A DNA stretch of 64,000 nucleotides from Psilocybe cubensis (GCA_017499595.2 CM039009.1:930001-994000); one strand, 5' to 3'. Counted from the stretch's first letter, positions 50,310 through 63,496 are shown. Numbers and translations: made by a program. The notes: a model not told the origin generated them from the sequence alone.

Positions 50310-51788
50310 ATGAACAGTGACTCGTCTTCCAAGACTGTGATATCTAACCCCACTTCCCAAACAGATCACTTACACAGCCCTATATTTCGACTCCCACCCG
50401 AGATCATAGCACAAATATTTCTTCATGCATGCCAGGTCAACACAGGAAGCTTGCTTAGCAAAAGGAAGCCACATCCATTATGTCTTGGTCGAGTCTGCAA
50501 AGACTGGAGGGATATAGCATGGTCTACCTCCACGTTGTGGACAACCGTGGACATTTGCATAAGAAATGGGTTTTGTGATGACGCTTCCTCACTTCTTCAA
50601 GTATGGATAAAGCGTGCCAACGGTCGAGACCTGGACATTTATGTTGAGAAACTGGGAGCAGAAAACTGTTGCCCGCCTGTTGCGCTGATGAAGTTGCTGG
50701 TACGACATAGTTCACAATGGCGTGCCCTACTTCTTCGAATCCCGCGCGACTGGTGTTCTCTCCTCTCCAAGGAGATCGGCGAGATTGCCGACCTCACTCG
50801 CCTCACTACTTTTACCTACGACAACTCTTATCATCGTACAGATTTAGATTGGAATACTTCTTCCTCCCTTCTCAATTTAACTAGGGCGCCAAACCTTCGC
50901 GATATTACTATTGGAAGCATTTGTTATATTTCCAACGTCGTCCTCTTGCCAGAGAAGCAGATCACTTCCTTATCCTTGTTAGACGGCACCGAAATCGACT
51001 TGCGTTATCTTCTTAAATCCCTTTCAAACGTGACTGAAGCTCACATGTCAAACATCTCTCCGGTTGGGAGAATGGGATTGTATTTCAGCATATATCACTG
51101 CCGTATGCGAACCCTTCATCTGACATTTCACAATTGGAACAGCTTCGTAACTCTATTAATGAGTCTTTGGAGATTCCCTTCATTACAGAACTTAACTCTG
51201 AACATCATCTCCAATGAAGATTCGGTTTCGGAAACTCCCTTATACCTCCTGCATTTCGTTTCACGTTCACAATGCAAGCTCACGCATCTGTATCTCAATT
51301 TCATCCTTCCGGATGATGTGGAAATACTCATCGAATTGCTCAGCACCCTCAAGTTACTAGAGGTGTTGGAGATCAAAAATCGTCAGCCAAGTCCCATGAA
51401 ATCTGGAGACGCATTATTTGGAGCCTTGCGCCCCGCGCCTGATCCACTTGATTCTTTGGTGCCGATTCTTAGGGAGTTCACATACGAAGGGCCTCTCACA
51501 CAATCCCATTTGGAGACTTTGTTGGAAGTCATGATTTTGAGAGCAACCAGGGACACTGTCACCGAGAAGCTGGATAAATTCGTATTGAAGTCCACAGTAT
51601 CAGGAATTTTGGGATCGGTACAATGGTATATTCCTTCCTCGTCCTCACCAATTCCTTTAAATCTGCATTCTCAGCTCCGTGATCTTCTTACGGGGCTTGT
51701 TCATCTCGGAGTTTTTGCATTATCTACTTTTGATGGGAAGGCTTGGACATTGGATGGATATGGAAATATGGTATACTTATTCGATTAA
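50310..51788 (+). CDS. F-box-like / LRR protein, intronless
   Basis: SPIFRLPPEIIAQIFLHAC...PLCLGRVCKDWRDIAWSTSTLWTTV, WIKRANGRDLDIYV, LVPILREFTYEG. Confidence 0.85.
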   Translation: MNSDSSSKTVISNPTSQTDHLHSPIFRLPPEIIAQIFLHACQVNTGSLLSKRKPHPLCLGRVCKDWRDIAWSTSTLWTTVDICIRNGFCDDASSLLQVWIKRANGRDLDIYVEKLGAENCCPPVALMKLLVRHSSQWRALLLRIPRDWCSLLSKEIGEIADLTRLTTFTYDNSYHRTDLDWNTSSSLLNLTRAPNLRDITIGSICYISNVVLLPEKQITSLSLLDGTEIDLRYLLKSLSNVTEAHMSNISPVGRMGLYFSIYHCRMRTLHLTFHNWNSFVTLLMSLWRFPSLQNLTLNIISNEDSVSETPLYLLHFVSRSQCKLTHLYLNFILPDDVEILIELLSTLKLLEVLEIKNRQPSPMKSGDALFGALRPAPDPLDSLVPILREFTYEGPLTQSHLETLLEVMILRATRDTVTEKLDKFVLKSTVSGILGSVQWYIPSSSSPIPLNLHSQLRDLLTGLVHLGVFALSTFDGKAWTLDGYGNMVYLFD

Positions 51789-51876
51789 ATAAATGAAAGA
51801 ATCACCTAAAATTAAAGGATGTTGCGATTAATTTGGGTGTATCTGCCGTATGCAGTACTCCATCATATCGCTTTAT

Positions 51877-53231
51877 TCAATTGAAAGAGGGGTAAATCGC
51901 TCTTTGAATGAAAGTGCGAGTCACATAATCCGGATGGTTTGGTATATTACCAGCGCAAGGGCTTTCTGTATCTGCGATACGTTGCCATCGTTCGAAGTTC
52001 TTTCTCAGCAAGTACCTTGTAGACAATTCCACTGCTAAGAACTGCAGCGTCGGGATGTGGTCAAATACTTCAGCGACTTTTTTACTGCGAGCTGCTACTT
52101 CCATTGGTGGATGCCTGTTTCGATTGTCTGAATTTAGGATCACGATTCCTATGAGAGACGGAAGTCTGTTAAATGTCCATTTTAGAGAATTTAGATCCTG
52201 GATACCGAGTAAAAATTATCAATTTGAACATAAAACAACCAAGTATACCTTAGTTTGAAGCTCACCTTATTTGAAACCTCCAGGTATTTTAGATCTTGCA
52301 TATACGGTGCCATTTGAACCACAGGTGGATCTATACCTCGGATTCCGGAATCAGGCAAAGCCAGAACTTCTACGAGAGCTAGTTCTTTTGCAAGATGGTG
52401 AATAGAGCCTCCAGAATCGTTCCGGCAATGTTTCCACTGGACAACGCGCACTTTCCTTCCCGGAAGGAGAGACTCAATGGCGGCTCGATCTCCAACTACC
52501 CATTCCAACTCAGGACAGCATGTAGACGCAGAGGGAAATATTTGGAGCGGTTTTCTATCGACACCCCCAGTTTTCTGAGAAATCCTACGCTCCCAACTGG
52601 CTTCGTCTAACTGGATGTCGATTTTTCTAAGTCCAGGTTGTGTCTTGAGGAAAGAGTTCAGGTCCGCCTGTGAAATTGTGCAGTGTGTATGGGCTTCATA
52701 TCCCCTACAAGTAAAAGTCTCCAGATGGAAAGGGACATTTAGACTTGCTGACCAGTCGATGGAATGATCAGAGTTCAGTGTGAGTCCGTATCGCGGATGA
52801 TCAAGATCAAACAACAACTTCCACCTCTCCCTGGCATTAAAGGTTTCGATGGTCAAATGCTTCAAATTGACCATGGCATAAAGTCCTCGACGCAGGCCTT
52901 CTATTGGGACGGCACTCTGGCCAAGCTGCGGTGGAGGATCCTCAATGGTGTATTCGTGGACATATACCCCAAGGTGTAAATTGTTTAGGAGAGAACGCAT
53001 CGCTCTGATGGCGATTCTCTTAGTCCGTGCGTCGGTTTTGTAGTCCACGGATTGAGTAGCAAGAAAGCTGTGCATTTTGCGATAGAGTAGTCGGACAGAC
53101 AAGTCGTACATGAACTTGTTGCAAAACCCCACATAGTACAACGCTCGGTAGTCGTTAATGAGTTTGCCGATAATTTCGATGATAATTTCAGGTGGAAGTC
53201 CCCGATAAGGGAGATACCACGTTGTGCTCAT
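51877..53231 (-). CDS. Divergent F-box-like protein (different subfamily), 2 exons
   Basis: N-terminal LPPEIIIEIIGKL...NKFMYDLSVRLLYR, MVNLKHLTI, FLKTQPGL; the intron near 52199-52266 joins to ORF 51877-52143. Confidence 0.65.
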
Positions 53232-53742
53232 CGTCGAAGAAATGGGAGGATTTAGTAGATTTGGGAGATCCTCAAAGCATTACAGATTGCCTTATAGTGT
53301 CACATAATCGTGAGATAGTACGTGGTTAGGGCTGTGTCTTATATGTGTTAAAAACTCATCTCTCTCATTATTACCGATCATGACTACGTACTTGTCATTT
53401 TCGATAGTCATCATTTGCCTGTGTATGTATCAATCATGAGTAAATCAATTATTGAGCGGCCAAACGAGAGTACATGCTATGCTGTACCGTTCGATGACGC
53501 TGATGAGCGCTTGAGTTGAGATTATAGTGGCAGTGTAATAGAAGTTCCATTGCCACTGCTATATCATTGAAATAATTTGGACAGTCAGAAGATCTACAAA
53601 TGAACATCAGAAACGATAAAAATAAGATAGTAAATTAAACGAGTTGGAATGATATTGTCGGAAGGTTTGATGTTCAATTTTGTACAAGTAAAGCATCAGA
53701 TAAAAGTCCAAGCCAAAGCAGATGCAGACAAGACTGGTAGTG

Positions 53743-55330
53743 TTAGTTGGGTGACTTGGGTCGGGCATACGGACTATTGCTCGAATTTAAACGCGAGCTT
53801 CGTCGAGGGCTGGTCTCTTTTCCACCGTCGTTAGACTCATTCTGAATCGTAGGTATCTTTTTCTTGGTCGCAGATACACGAGCCTTTCCTTTCGGAGTAT
53901 CTAGAGCTTGAGGAGGCGAGACAGAAACCCTAGTCCGAGAGACGCGCCCTTTTGAAGTCGCAGATACAACCGGAGACGGCACAGTTAGGGGGATTTGTTT
54001 TATACTGGCAAAAATATCCCTAGAACTGCGAACACTGTTTTTCTCACCTTGACCGGGTAAGAGTTCATTTGCATCAACAGAGGCAGAGTTTGCAGAGGAT
54101 GAGCCAGCACTCCGATCGAATATTTTGACTTTGGGGGGTATAGCAACAGAGGCCTGTATTGGGCCAACTATAAACGATATGTTGGAAGAGGGTGAATAAG
54201 GGGCAGAGGTGTTGCACAAATATGGCAAAGTTGTCCATCCTGCGTTTTCATAACCGGGGTGAGTTGACGCCAAAGAGATAGATTGCGACGAAAAAGGGGA
54301 ACTAGACACGAGAGACTGCTTTAAGTCTTCCACTTGCATCTCAACGCTTGTGCGCACATGGGAAGTGGGGAACGTCATTGGAGAAGTTGAGTCGGGATCA
54401 GTGACACCGGTTAGACCAGAGGTTGTTGTGGCAGAAGCGTTGGATGGTGTAGGACGACGAACAATGCTGTTTGTTTCGGGTCGTTCCATCCGGGGCCTCG
54501 GAGATTGACTTCTTTTGCCACCAATGTCACTGAAATCCCTGTGTTCATGCTCAGAACGGGCCCCATCGCCAGTTTTGTTGATATCTATTCCAGAGACGTC
54601 AGAATTTTTGGCAAGGTTATGAACACCAGCAAGTAGAGCAGATGCCAACGCGTCAACAGCATCAGAAAGTGGTACAAATGAAGCTCGCGTTCCTGGAGCT
54701 GGTAAAGATTCGTTCTCCAGGAAGTCCGTTTTGGCAAGAATGTCTAATGAAGGCCGAATATTTTCCGCGAGTTTATAGTCAGGCGTTGCGGGAGAGTTCC
54801 TGGTTTGTACTCTGTACGAAAGGATGTCAGGTCAAATAGGCTTTAGGCTCAGGTATCGACGTACATTTCATCCTCTGAGAGGGTAGAAACTATTAGAGAC
54901 AGCGCAGAGATGCTTCAGAATGCGTCAATGATCTACAACAGTTCATAAAACCCTTGATATGTGCAGCTCACCGAGCGGTAAGAACGCGTTTGTTGAGAGC
55001 AATACTGGTGCTATTGGAGGCTTCAGGTTCCGCTTCAAGAAACATATTAAATGCTCCTTCAAGCTTGCGGATTGCCTCTTCAATTTCATACACGGCGACG
55101 GCCTTCTGTGACAATAGATTGATTCTGCTGGTACCGTAGAGTTTGGGCTTAGGCATCTGTTGGAGTAAATTGTCCATTGCGGCCAGGGTAGTAAGATCAG
55201 TATGGATGCGCAGAGGGGTCTCCCTTAGGATGAATGCTAAATCAGTAGTAGAAAGAAGCTGGACGCAAGGGTCGAAGATTGATCTTCCAAAAGCAAAGAC
55301 GGGCTCTTTATAAAGGGATAGTTGTGGCAC
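53743..55330 (-). CDS. Hypothetical protein with a helical N-terminal part and a long Ser/Pro-rich basic tail; 5' end unresolved
   Basis: ORFs 54968-55330 and 53743-54648 on the same strand, with plausible intervening splice sites; no in-frame ATG found upstream. Confidence 0.4.
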
Positions 55331-55568
55331 AGTGGCACCCTCTTTTGACCCTCTTCGTTTGTGACTCCGACTCGAGGCCCTCGGTTGACGACGGGCTGAA
55401 CATCATGAACGTTGAGATTATAAGGATTGTTTACATTACCGATACTTTGCAGCCTCTCAATATTTTCCCTGTCGTGAATGTGGATTTCAGATCGATGTGA
55501 GTGTAATCAGAGAATTAGGATAGTGCAAAATTTGGTGCAAACTAATTTTTTCTCGGTGTCCAGCAAAC

Positions 55569-56400
55569 GTGACCTGTCACTTCATGTCACACCGCGAAGG
55601 TTATCCGCCAAATCCTTTTAGCGTCCCGATATCTTGAAAGTCAACAATCTATGCGTGTTTATCATGTTTTATACCGAACGTCAATGTCTACAAGTGCAGA
55701 TATTCTCTAGGAGTTGCTATATTCATATCTGCTAGTTCAGAAGAAATCAGCAACCCTAAACGGAAAAGCTCGCACCCAAAGACACAGATGGCGAAGAGGA
55801 CACTAGTTTTGCCCATAATACCTGTTTCAAGGGCACGAAACGTGTCAAAATCACCAAAGAGGAGCCTTACCCGTCACCGATCACACAGACTAAAATGTCG
55901 CGCAAGAAGAGCAAACCTAGGAAGAGCGCAGACACCGCAGCGGATGGAGTTACACAAAACGCCAGAGGGCTCGATCGTTGGCGGTGCTGCTGGATATCGT
56001 TCCTCGAAGAAAAGTAAGGTTACCCACAAGAAGAATGCACCTGTGTCTCCCGCTGTCGATGAGACTAGCGCTTCAATGAAACACGGATTTTGTAGGCCTC
56101 GAAAGAGGGACAGGGTGCTCCTGCGCATTAAAGCAAGACCATCAGTGTCTGATGCCGTTCTGTTAGAGCCATGCAGAACTAAAGCAGGTGCTCTAGCAGT
56201 GCAGTCTGAAGAACCTAAACAAACATGGGAGAGCGAAAACACCGTCCGAACTTCGAAGGGGGTTTACCAATGATGTGGAAAACAACGATGCCTCCAGTTG
56301 TATGACTCTAACAACGGTAAAGCTACTCTCGATATAGTGTTCAATCTGCTAATAATTTTACCCCAGAAAGCGACTTTTCTGACTATGTCGCACCTGCTAA
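55569..56400 (+). pseudogene. Decayed duplicate of the AT-hook gene at 57922-59071
   Basis: Collinear nucleotide similarity to the promoter, start, exon 2 and downstream intron of that gene, with an early frameshift/TAG, an internal deletion and mutated AT-hooks. Confidence 0.8.
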
Positions 56401-56571
56401 TCATCAAAAACAATGGCAAATTGGTGTTCGTCATGATTCATCAGTATACCCTGGAAACTGATAAACAAAACTACCAGTCCATCGACAGCGACAAAGCCGC
56501 ATATCCGTTGCATACCCTGTATATATGGGCAGTCTGTAATACCGATTTCTGAAAACCCCAACTTTTCTGGC

Positions 56572-57337
56572 ATGCTCGCACAAGCTTTCATTATTTCTCT
56601 GCTGTTATCCGGTGTGTTGGGATGTACGTACATACTTTTGCACACCAAGCTACTGATTATATTGATTGCAAGGTAGCATCCGAGGTTCTCAAGCGACAGT
56701 CAGATCACGTAAGTTGAAGACGTGTGGCATATGCTAACCAGCCTTGTTGCTTTGTCGATATCTCAAACCTTTCCACAGTGCACCGATGACTGCGCCAGAA
56801 TAATCCAGGTTGGGCATACTACACTTAATTTTCTTAAAATGAAAACTCAAAATTTTATTAACACAGTCTTGTTCCGGTGGACCCCAGTCATGCCCATGCA
56901 CCAGCGCTATCCAACAGGCGGCCCAGTCGTGTCTGAACTGTCTGGCCACCACTGATGCTGCGGCAGCCGCTGGTGCAGGACTTGAATTCAATCCTGCAAC
57001 CCTTGCTTCCCGTGCGTACACCCATTCGTTAAAACTACACTAAATGCCCAATGTTCAAAAAAAAAAAACTTGATTCATTTCTGTTACGGCGACTCCAGAG
57101 TTTAACAGCAACTGCGCTACATCCTCTGTCAGCGTGACCATCCCTCAGGGTGTCGCTACAGGATCAGTCGGAGAACCCTCTGTTAGTGCTAGCGTTGCGT
57201 CAACCTCCGTAAGTGAAACATCACATACACTCATATCCACGTTGCCTGGAAAACCTTTGGACTCACGCAACAACGAGAAGTTTCGATCAGGCAGTTACAG
57301 CTTGGTAATTTTATTGTTGACGTTGATTATCAATTGA
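56572..57337 (+). CDS. Small secreted 8-cysteine protein with a Ser/Thr-rich stalk and hydrophobic C-terminus (GPI-anchor-like), 5 exons
   Basis: Spliced model MLAQAFIISLLLSGVLG-SSEVLKRQSDH-CTDDCARIIQ-SCSGGPQSCPCTSAIQQAAQSCLNCL...-QFNSNCATSS...YSLVILLLTLIIN*; TATA-like TATATA at about 56520. Confidence 0.7.
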
Positions 57338-57921
57338 AGGATCTCAGGCAAAATATAGCATCGCAGATCATATCGGTATTCGCTCGCTTTCCTGTATAAA
57401 AGTACGTTGCTTACATTGTTTTCATCTTGATGTTTATTCGACACTGACGGTCACCAAGAGGATTGGATGCCACTCGCTCATAATGATGACTCTTATACTT
57501 TCTATAATATAACTTCAGGTGGTGGCAAGGATACATTGGCGTTGTCCATACAAATCTAAATAAACGGAAGAGGACTGGATACTTATCATAGGCTGTATTT
57601 ATATCCCTCACTATCGTTTCTCTGTTGTAAATAGATTTCAGGTCGATGTGCGTGTAATGCCCAAGGAATGAAGAGAACAAGGCGCAACTGCACACTGATT
57701 TTTCTTGGCGTCTGAATGCTGGCCGACCCGGCCAATTGACAATGACATAACTGTCACTGTCACGATTATGTCACACCGCAAGCCGATGACCAGACGGTCC
57801 TTGACATTGTCCGCTAATCCATACCAGTTCCTCTTTCTCCCTCTTCCCTAAATTCCTAAGTTTCCAATACCTTGGAAATCCTTAACCTATAGGTCTTTAT
57901 CTATTTTATTCCGGGATATCA

Positions 57922-59071
57922 ATGCCGACAAGTGCAGGATTTCCTTGGGAATTGTTAAAGGCGGAATGTCTCCGTCTAATTTGCATGCAAATTGTGCAAG
58001 GCTCGAAGGAAGGCGGGGCATATCAGGGAGTAATGCGCAAAGAAAGTATGATAGAATTCCTGCGCGATGTAGATAAGCGAGGACGTGAGTTCTATTTTAC
58101 TTATTTAATTCCTCCGGTATTCTTCTCATAAGAAGCTCTGCTGCATGAATTACTTTTCTAAACTGACAGATTTGATGTAGTCGAACCTGCGCTGAAAACA
58201 CTGGGAAAAACGCAAGCTCTTAGGAAGCCCCTTGAATCCTCCTCTCCAGAAGAAACAAGTAGCCCAAAGCGCAAAAGCTCGCGCCTCGAAGAAGCAGATG
58301 GCGAAGGGGACACAAGTCTTGCCCACAATACCCGCTTCAAGGGCACGAAACGCGTCAAACTCACCAAAGAGGACCCTGACCCGACACCGATCACACAAAC
58401 CAAATCACCGCGCAAGAAGAGCAAACCTAGGAAGAGCACAGACACCGCAGCAGATGGAACAAAACGCTCAAGAGGCCGACCGAGGAAAAGTGTCGACGCT
58501 GTTGGATCTACTTCTCCAAAGAAAAGCAAAGCTACCCCCAAGAAAAAAGCGCCTCTATCAGAATCTGCTGCTGACGAGGCAGGTTCTTCAAACAAACGTG
58601 GGCCAGGTAGGCCTCGAAAGAGTGCCAAGGGTGCTCCTGCTCCTCAAAGCAAGGCCAAATCAATATTCGATGGCGTTTTGTTAGAGCCACGCAGAACTTC
58701 AGCAGGGGTTCCAGCAGTGCAGTCTGAAGAACCTAAACAAACACTGGAAACCGAAAATGCCGTCCAAGAAGATGTTGTTCTGGCTACATTTATCAATCAT
58801 GTGGAGAATAACGATGCCTCCAGTTTGGGAGGCTCTAACAAAGGTAAAGTTTTCTTAGCAACTGTTGTTCAATCCTCTAATACTTTAATCGCAGAAAACG
58901 ACCCTAATGATTATGTCGCACCTGGTAAGTTTGTTTTGCTTGAAGCGAACGTACGATTTTTTTTTGCTAAGGAGGTTATTGTTCCTGTTTTTAGATGTCC
59001 ATGACGATGACGCTGACGCCGACGGGGAACCGGATCCCCAAATCATTGGAGAAGTTCCAGCCACAACCTGA
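57922..59071 (+). CDS. AT-hook (HMGA-like) chromatin protein with an acidic tail, 4 exons
   Basis: Two AT-hooks, RGRPRK (58471-58488) and GRPRK (58606-58620), in a K/S/P-rich region; FDGVLL motif; acidic last exon DVHDDDADADGEPD. Confidence 0.75.
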
Positions 59072-59420
59072 AGTTCAAGGCTTCGGAAAGGAGTAAACTA
59101 TACATTCCTCAATTTACAAGGTCCTCTAGGTCTCCTGGAGTTTATCACCTTATTCTTGTTTAAATAATCCCTGTATCATGTATCACTGCAAACATAATCT
59201 TCAATACTTTCATGCATGACCTTTTTCAACCTTTCCCAGTTTTACTCGTATCTCTCTCCCTCTGTGCTGGCCAGACAAATTTGAGGTATCACCATGTTGG
59301 TATTTATTTACATCAACCAATAAACGTCGCCTTGTATATATCATTAGTGTTGATCTACGTTGTTCGATTCGGATTTCTAATCGAAACGATTGTACAACAC
59401 GCCCAATTAGCTAGTAAATG

Positions 59421-60977
59421 CTAGCGCTGTACTGATGATGGGCGAATATCAAGGTGCATACCTTCCCTTGAAAGTCGCTTCATTTCGCACTGTACATCGG
59501 TTGATACGGGGAACAGATTTGGTGTAATAATATTTACCGTGCTAAGCTGAGCGATGTCGTCAGGTTGTTGGCTCTCCGGGATGAATGGCTCCCGTCCACG
59601 ACTTCGCCACCTTGATGATATGACAGCCATTAAAGAGCCTTCGTCACAGTGAAGCGGGCCGTGGTAATAAAGGTCGCTGAGGTTGGGAAGTAGCGGACGC
59701 CCGGCTTGATACAAAGGATGCAGCATTGTGACCAATTTGCAGGTCAATCCGGTCGATGGATTAACGCCGTCTCCCAGGGTGATTAAACGTAGATGGGATA
59801 AAGATGGGATAGCGTCAAGGCAAGATATCAGGTCATCCTCGTGGAATTCTTGTTTCTCTATCTGGAGAAGTTGAAGAGCGCAAGAAGAGCGCAAAACCAA
59901 CGAAGCGAGTGCGGGAAGAATGAAGGAACCCGGACGGCCAACGCAGTGTATACGAAGCTTTCGAAGGAAGGGCAAAGTGACGCTTTCTAGGAGAGAAACG
60001 GCGCCAGGCTTGATGAGCGTGACATCGAGCGACTCGAGATGAGACTGAAGAGGGTTGGCTATGGAGGCAGGAAAGATCTCTGCGGAGTAAACATTCTCAA
60101 GATGACAATCTTTAAGCGTTGGAGATTGCTGCAAGATCTTCAAACATTCTTCAACAGTGAGAAATTGAGTTTTGAAGCGTCGTAACTGATCCCAGGGTAA
60201 TGCCGTTGCGGAAAAGTTGAATCCCGAAAGATCGACATCGCGGAGTTTGGGAGCAGAAAGAAGCATGTTTGGGGGATGACAGAACGTTGAGATTGAACCC
60301 TTGGGTGGGTGTAATGAAATGGATGAAAGCATAGGGAAGTAATTGCCGACGAGCACGTCATAACATTGCAATGGTAGCACACTGCTGAAATTGCGCCAAT
60401 AACTAGAGCGAGTAGCCAAAACCTCCATGATAGTCCGGAGAGAACAAAAAGTCATTTCCTGTTCGTCATCGACTGTAAGATTGATGTGTAAAGGTGATGT
60501 TTGGGCTCTCGGAAGCCAATCTTTGAGTAATTCGGCTTGAATTTTGGATGTTTTACGGGAAATTCGTAAGGATAAATTATTCCAGAGGAGTGGTGTTGAC
60601 CATGCAATGTCTCGCCATTCTTTACAGATACGTCCAAAGAAGAGTGGAAGGTGAGATTTGCCTCCGTCTTCGTAAGTATGGCACGCCAACCTAAATATCT
60701 CGGTCAAAATTTCCGGCGGTAGTTGTCCTATGGGTGACATGTTGTTAATCCTTCTCCGGAGCATTGTACGCCTGTTGGCAAGGTTTTCGATCATAGCATC
60801 GATCTGCGACATTTCGGCCTCCAGGCTCGCCACAGTATGCTTGACATATACTAGTCAGTATGAGGATTGTCTTCAATCATGAGGAACACTCACAAAACGA
60901 GAGATTTGTTTCGAGACTACGCCTTGAGCGACATTGAGGTCATCGACTATCGCCGAGCTGCATTTGCTGCACAACAT
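59421..60977 (-). CDS. F-box-like / LRR protein with an N-terminal CxxC and coiled coil, 2 exons
   Basis: Exon 1 MLCSKCSSA...ISRF is spliced to HTVASLEAEMSQID; then SPIGQLPPEILTEIFRLAC...FGRICKEWRDIAWSTPLLWNNL and LLPNLSDLYYHG. Confidence 0.85.
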
Positions 60978-62069
60978 CGATGTGGATGCTGTTATAGATT
61001 CTCTCCTCACAAGAATAGACCCGATACGGCTCCGTAGACCGCCAATTAGGGATTGGACAGACGATACGCAAAGGAGAACTGGAATTGGTCTCGTACCATA
61101 GTAGACCACGGTTTATAACAAAACACTCACGTTTCCAACCGTGTCTGCGTTACTCCTCGTAGCGTGGAAAGTTCCCTTGCCACCAAATTTCATCTTCGTC
61201 CGAATCAATCGCAAGGTTGAGCGATTTTGCCATATGATGAGCGGCGGAACGGTGGATGGCAACTAGTATAAGAATCCTTATGAAGGAAAGAGGGAGAAAA
61301 GCAATTGAAATTCCGATCGCTTTCGGTTAAACACGTTCTGCAGGCTCTTAATAACAATGACCCCTACTCAGTGCTCAGACTTTACCTCTCTACTCGTCCG
61401 GTCACCAATCTTTACCACTGTACCCACTTTCTGTCCGAGATGAACTGGCTTCGAGGCTATACATACCGGCAGTGCTCGATCTTTGTAGTGAAGATTTGCG
61501 ACTAGAAATACTTTCATGGGAGAAAAATTAGTCGTCGCGATCTCGTGAGCGCATTGCTCACACGAAGCCTTCCATTGTACTTGAGGTTTATTCACTTTTA
61601 GACGGGCTTAAGGACTGACATAGACTTCATTCCAACAATGGCATGCTACACGCTGGACACTTTGGTTCTCAAACCTCGACGAAACGGTACATATTAAATG
61701 TTTATCACTCATGACGAAAGCCTGCCAGACATGGCTTTTCAAAATTAATTGTTGCTCGGGTATAAAGGGGTTTTAAGCCTTTTGGAGCTGCAGTCGAATA
61801 CAAGTCGAAGAACTTGTAAGTAGACAACATTTCAGACTGCTAATAAACAAGCTAATCTGACGAAGCGAAACAGTAGTACAGTACCAAATCATGATGATAT
61901 TCATACTCAGTGGACCTTAGCCTGTCAGGTTAACCCCTATCGATTTTCATCAGGCCTCGGGCCGCATAATGATACCGGTTTATCCTGATCAAATTTGCTT
62001 GCGCTTTGGTTCTCTGCATTATACCGCCATCTCACACAGTGCCCAAACACCGGCACCAAAAAATAACCC

Positions 62070-63338
62070 ATGTCTCTCCTTGTCCTGTCTGCGACTGATG
62101 TGGACGAAATAGCAGCAACTTTCACACTTGACGAGCTGCAATACCTTATGGCTCAGGTATTTGCCCGACTTTCCAGCTCTTCTGCCGGACTCCAAGGTTT
62201 AGATTCTGGGATATCTATGCCTCCTAGGATCAGTCTCCAAACCGATAGCCATACCACCCTGTTTATGCCAGCTCACATTGGCCCCCTACCTTTCGCTGAA
62301 AAGGCATCCGGCTCATCCGGCTCCAGTGGTGACCAGTTGGTGAAAACTGCGATCAAAGTTGTTTCTGTGCCTACCAAAGACAGCTCTAAAGGCCTTCCTA
62401 GTACTACCCTGATGTTAGACGAAAATACGGGTTCTGTGAAGGCTGTAATAAATTCTCGCAAGTTGACTGCTCTACGGAATGCTGCTAGTAGGTCTATGGT
62501 TCAATTCTGAAGCACTGTTGGTATTAACTTAGACCACGATGAACCATCGATAGGCTCACTCCTGTCTACTAACTTAGCAGGACCCGCTGAGCCTCGATCT
62601 ATTGTTGTATTCGGCGCGGGACAACAGATAGATGCACACCTAGATCTCCACCTTCGATATTTTGCAAGTATCACCACATGTACTATCATCAATCGTACAC
62701 TCAACGATCGCGCCATCTCTCTACGGGTTAAGATGGCGTCTCGGTTTCCTCACCTTCAAATAAACTTGATCTCCTCGACATCTCATACTGATGATTCGAC
62801 CCAGAACAGGAATCTCCTGGAACACGCTGTGAAGTCTGCGGATATTATTATATGTGCTACTTCATCCACAGACCCCTTGTTCCCTTCGTCATGGGTCAAG
62901 AATGGGTGCCATATCATTCTTATTGGAAGCTACAAGCCCACCATGAGAGAGATTGACAAAGCTCTTGTTCTCAGGTCGATCCCGTCCCAAATCCGTGACA
63001 AATACATTTCCAAACCCTTTCCAATTTTACTCGTCGACTCCAGAGAGGCCTGTTCTCACGAAGCAGGAGAACTTATTGACGCACAAGTCACTCCCTCTCA
63101 GATGACAGAAATCGGAGACATTATCCCGAAAAACTCAAATAATACTCTATCACGCGATTCTTACCTCGATCTGCAACCAAGGTCTAGTGACATTGAAGAT
63201 GGATATGAGGGACCTGTGTCTATTTTCAAGTCGGTTGGCATTGGATTACAAGACGTAGTTATCGCTAGCGCCATTTTTGAAAAGACTCACAGGTTGGGAA
63301 GGAAATTTGGAACCCTTGTGCAAAATTACGACATTTAA
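62070..63338 (+). CDS. Ornithine cyclodeaminase / mu-crystallin family protein, 2 exons
   Basis: TLFMPA, AIKVVSVP, LTALRNAA-GS, FGAGQQ Rossmann motif, ADIIICATSS, IGSYKPTMREID, EAGELI, FKSVGIGLQD. Confidence 0.9.
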
Positions 63339-63496
63339 ACGATTTACAACGAAGGTCTTGTCATATAACCAAAGAACTAAATAAATGTACAGGCTCTCCT
63401 CAGTGCTACTTGTTTTCTGCGACGATGTTACACATGATGTCCGCTTTTCTGCTCAAAGTGTGGGGTATAAACATTTCCAAAAAATGTTGGTGATAT

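Noticed and set aside
58158..58684. Antisense and off-frame ORFs over the AT-hook exon, and similar shadow ORFs elsewhere
   Set aside because: Explained by codon bias of the real overlapping exons.
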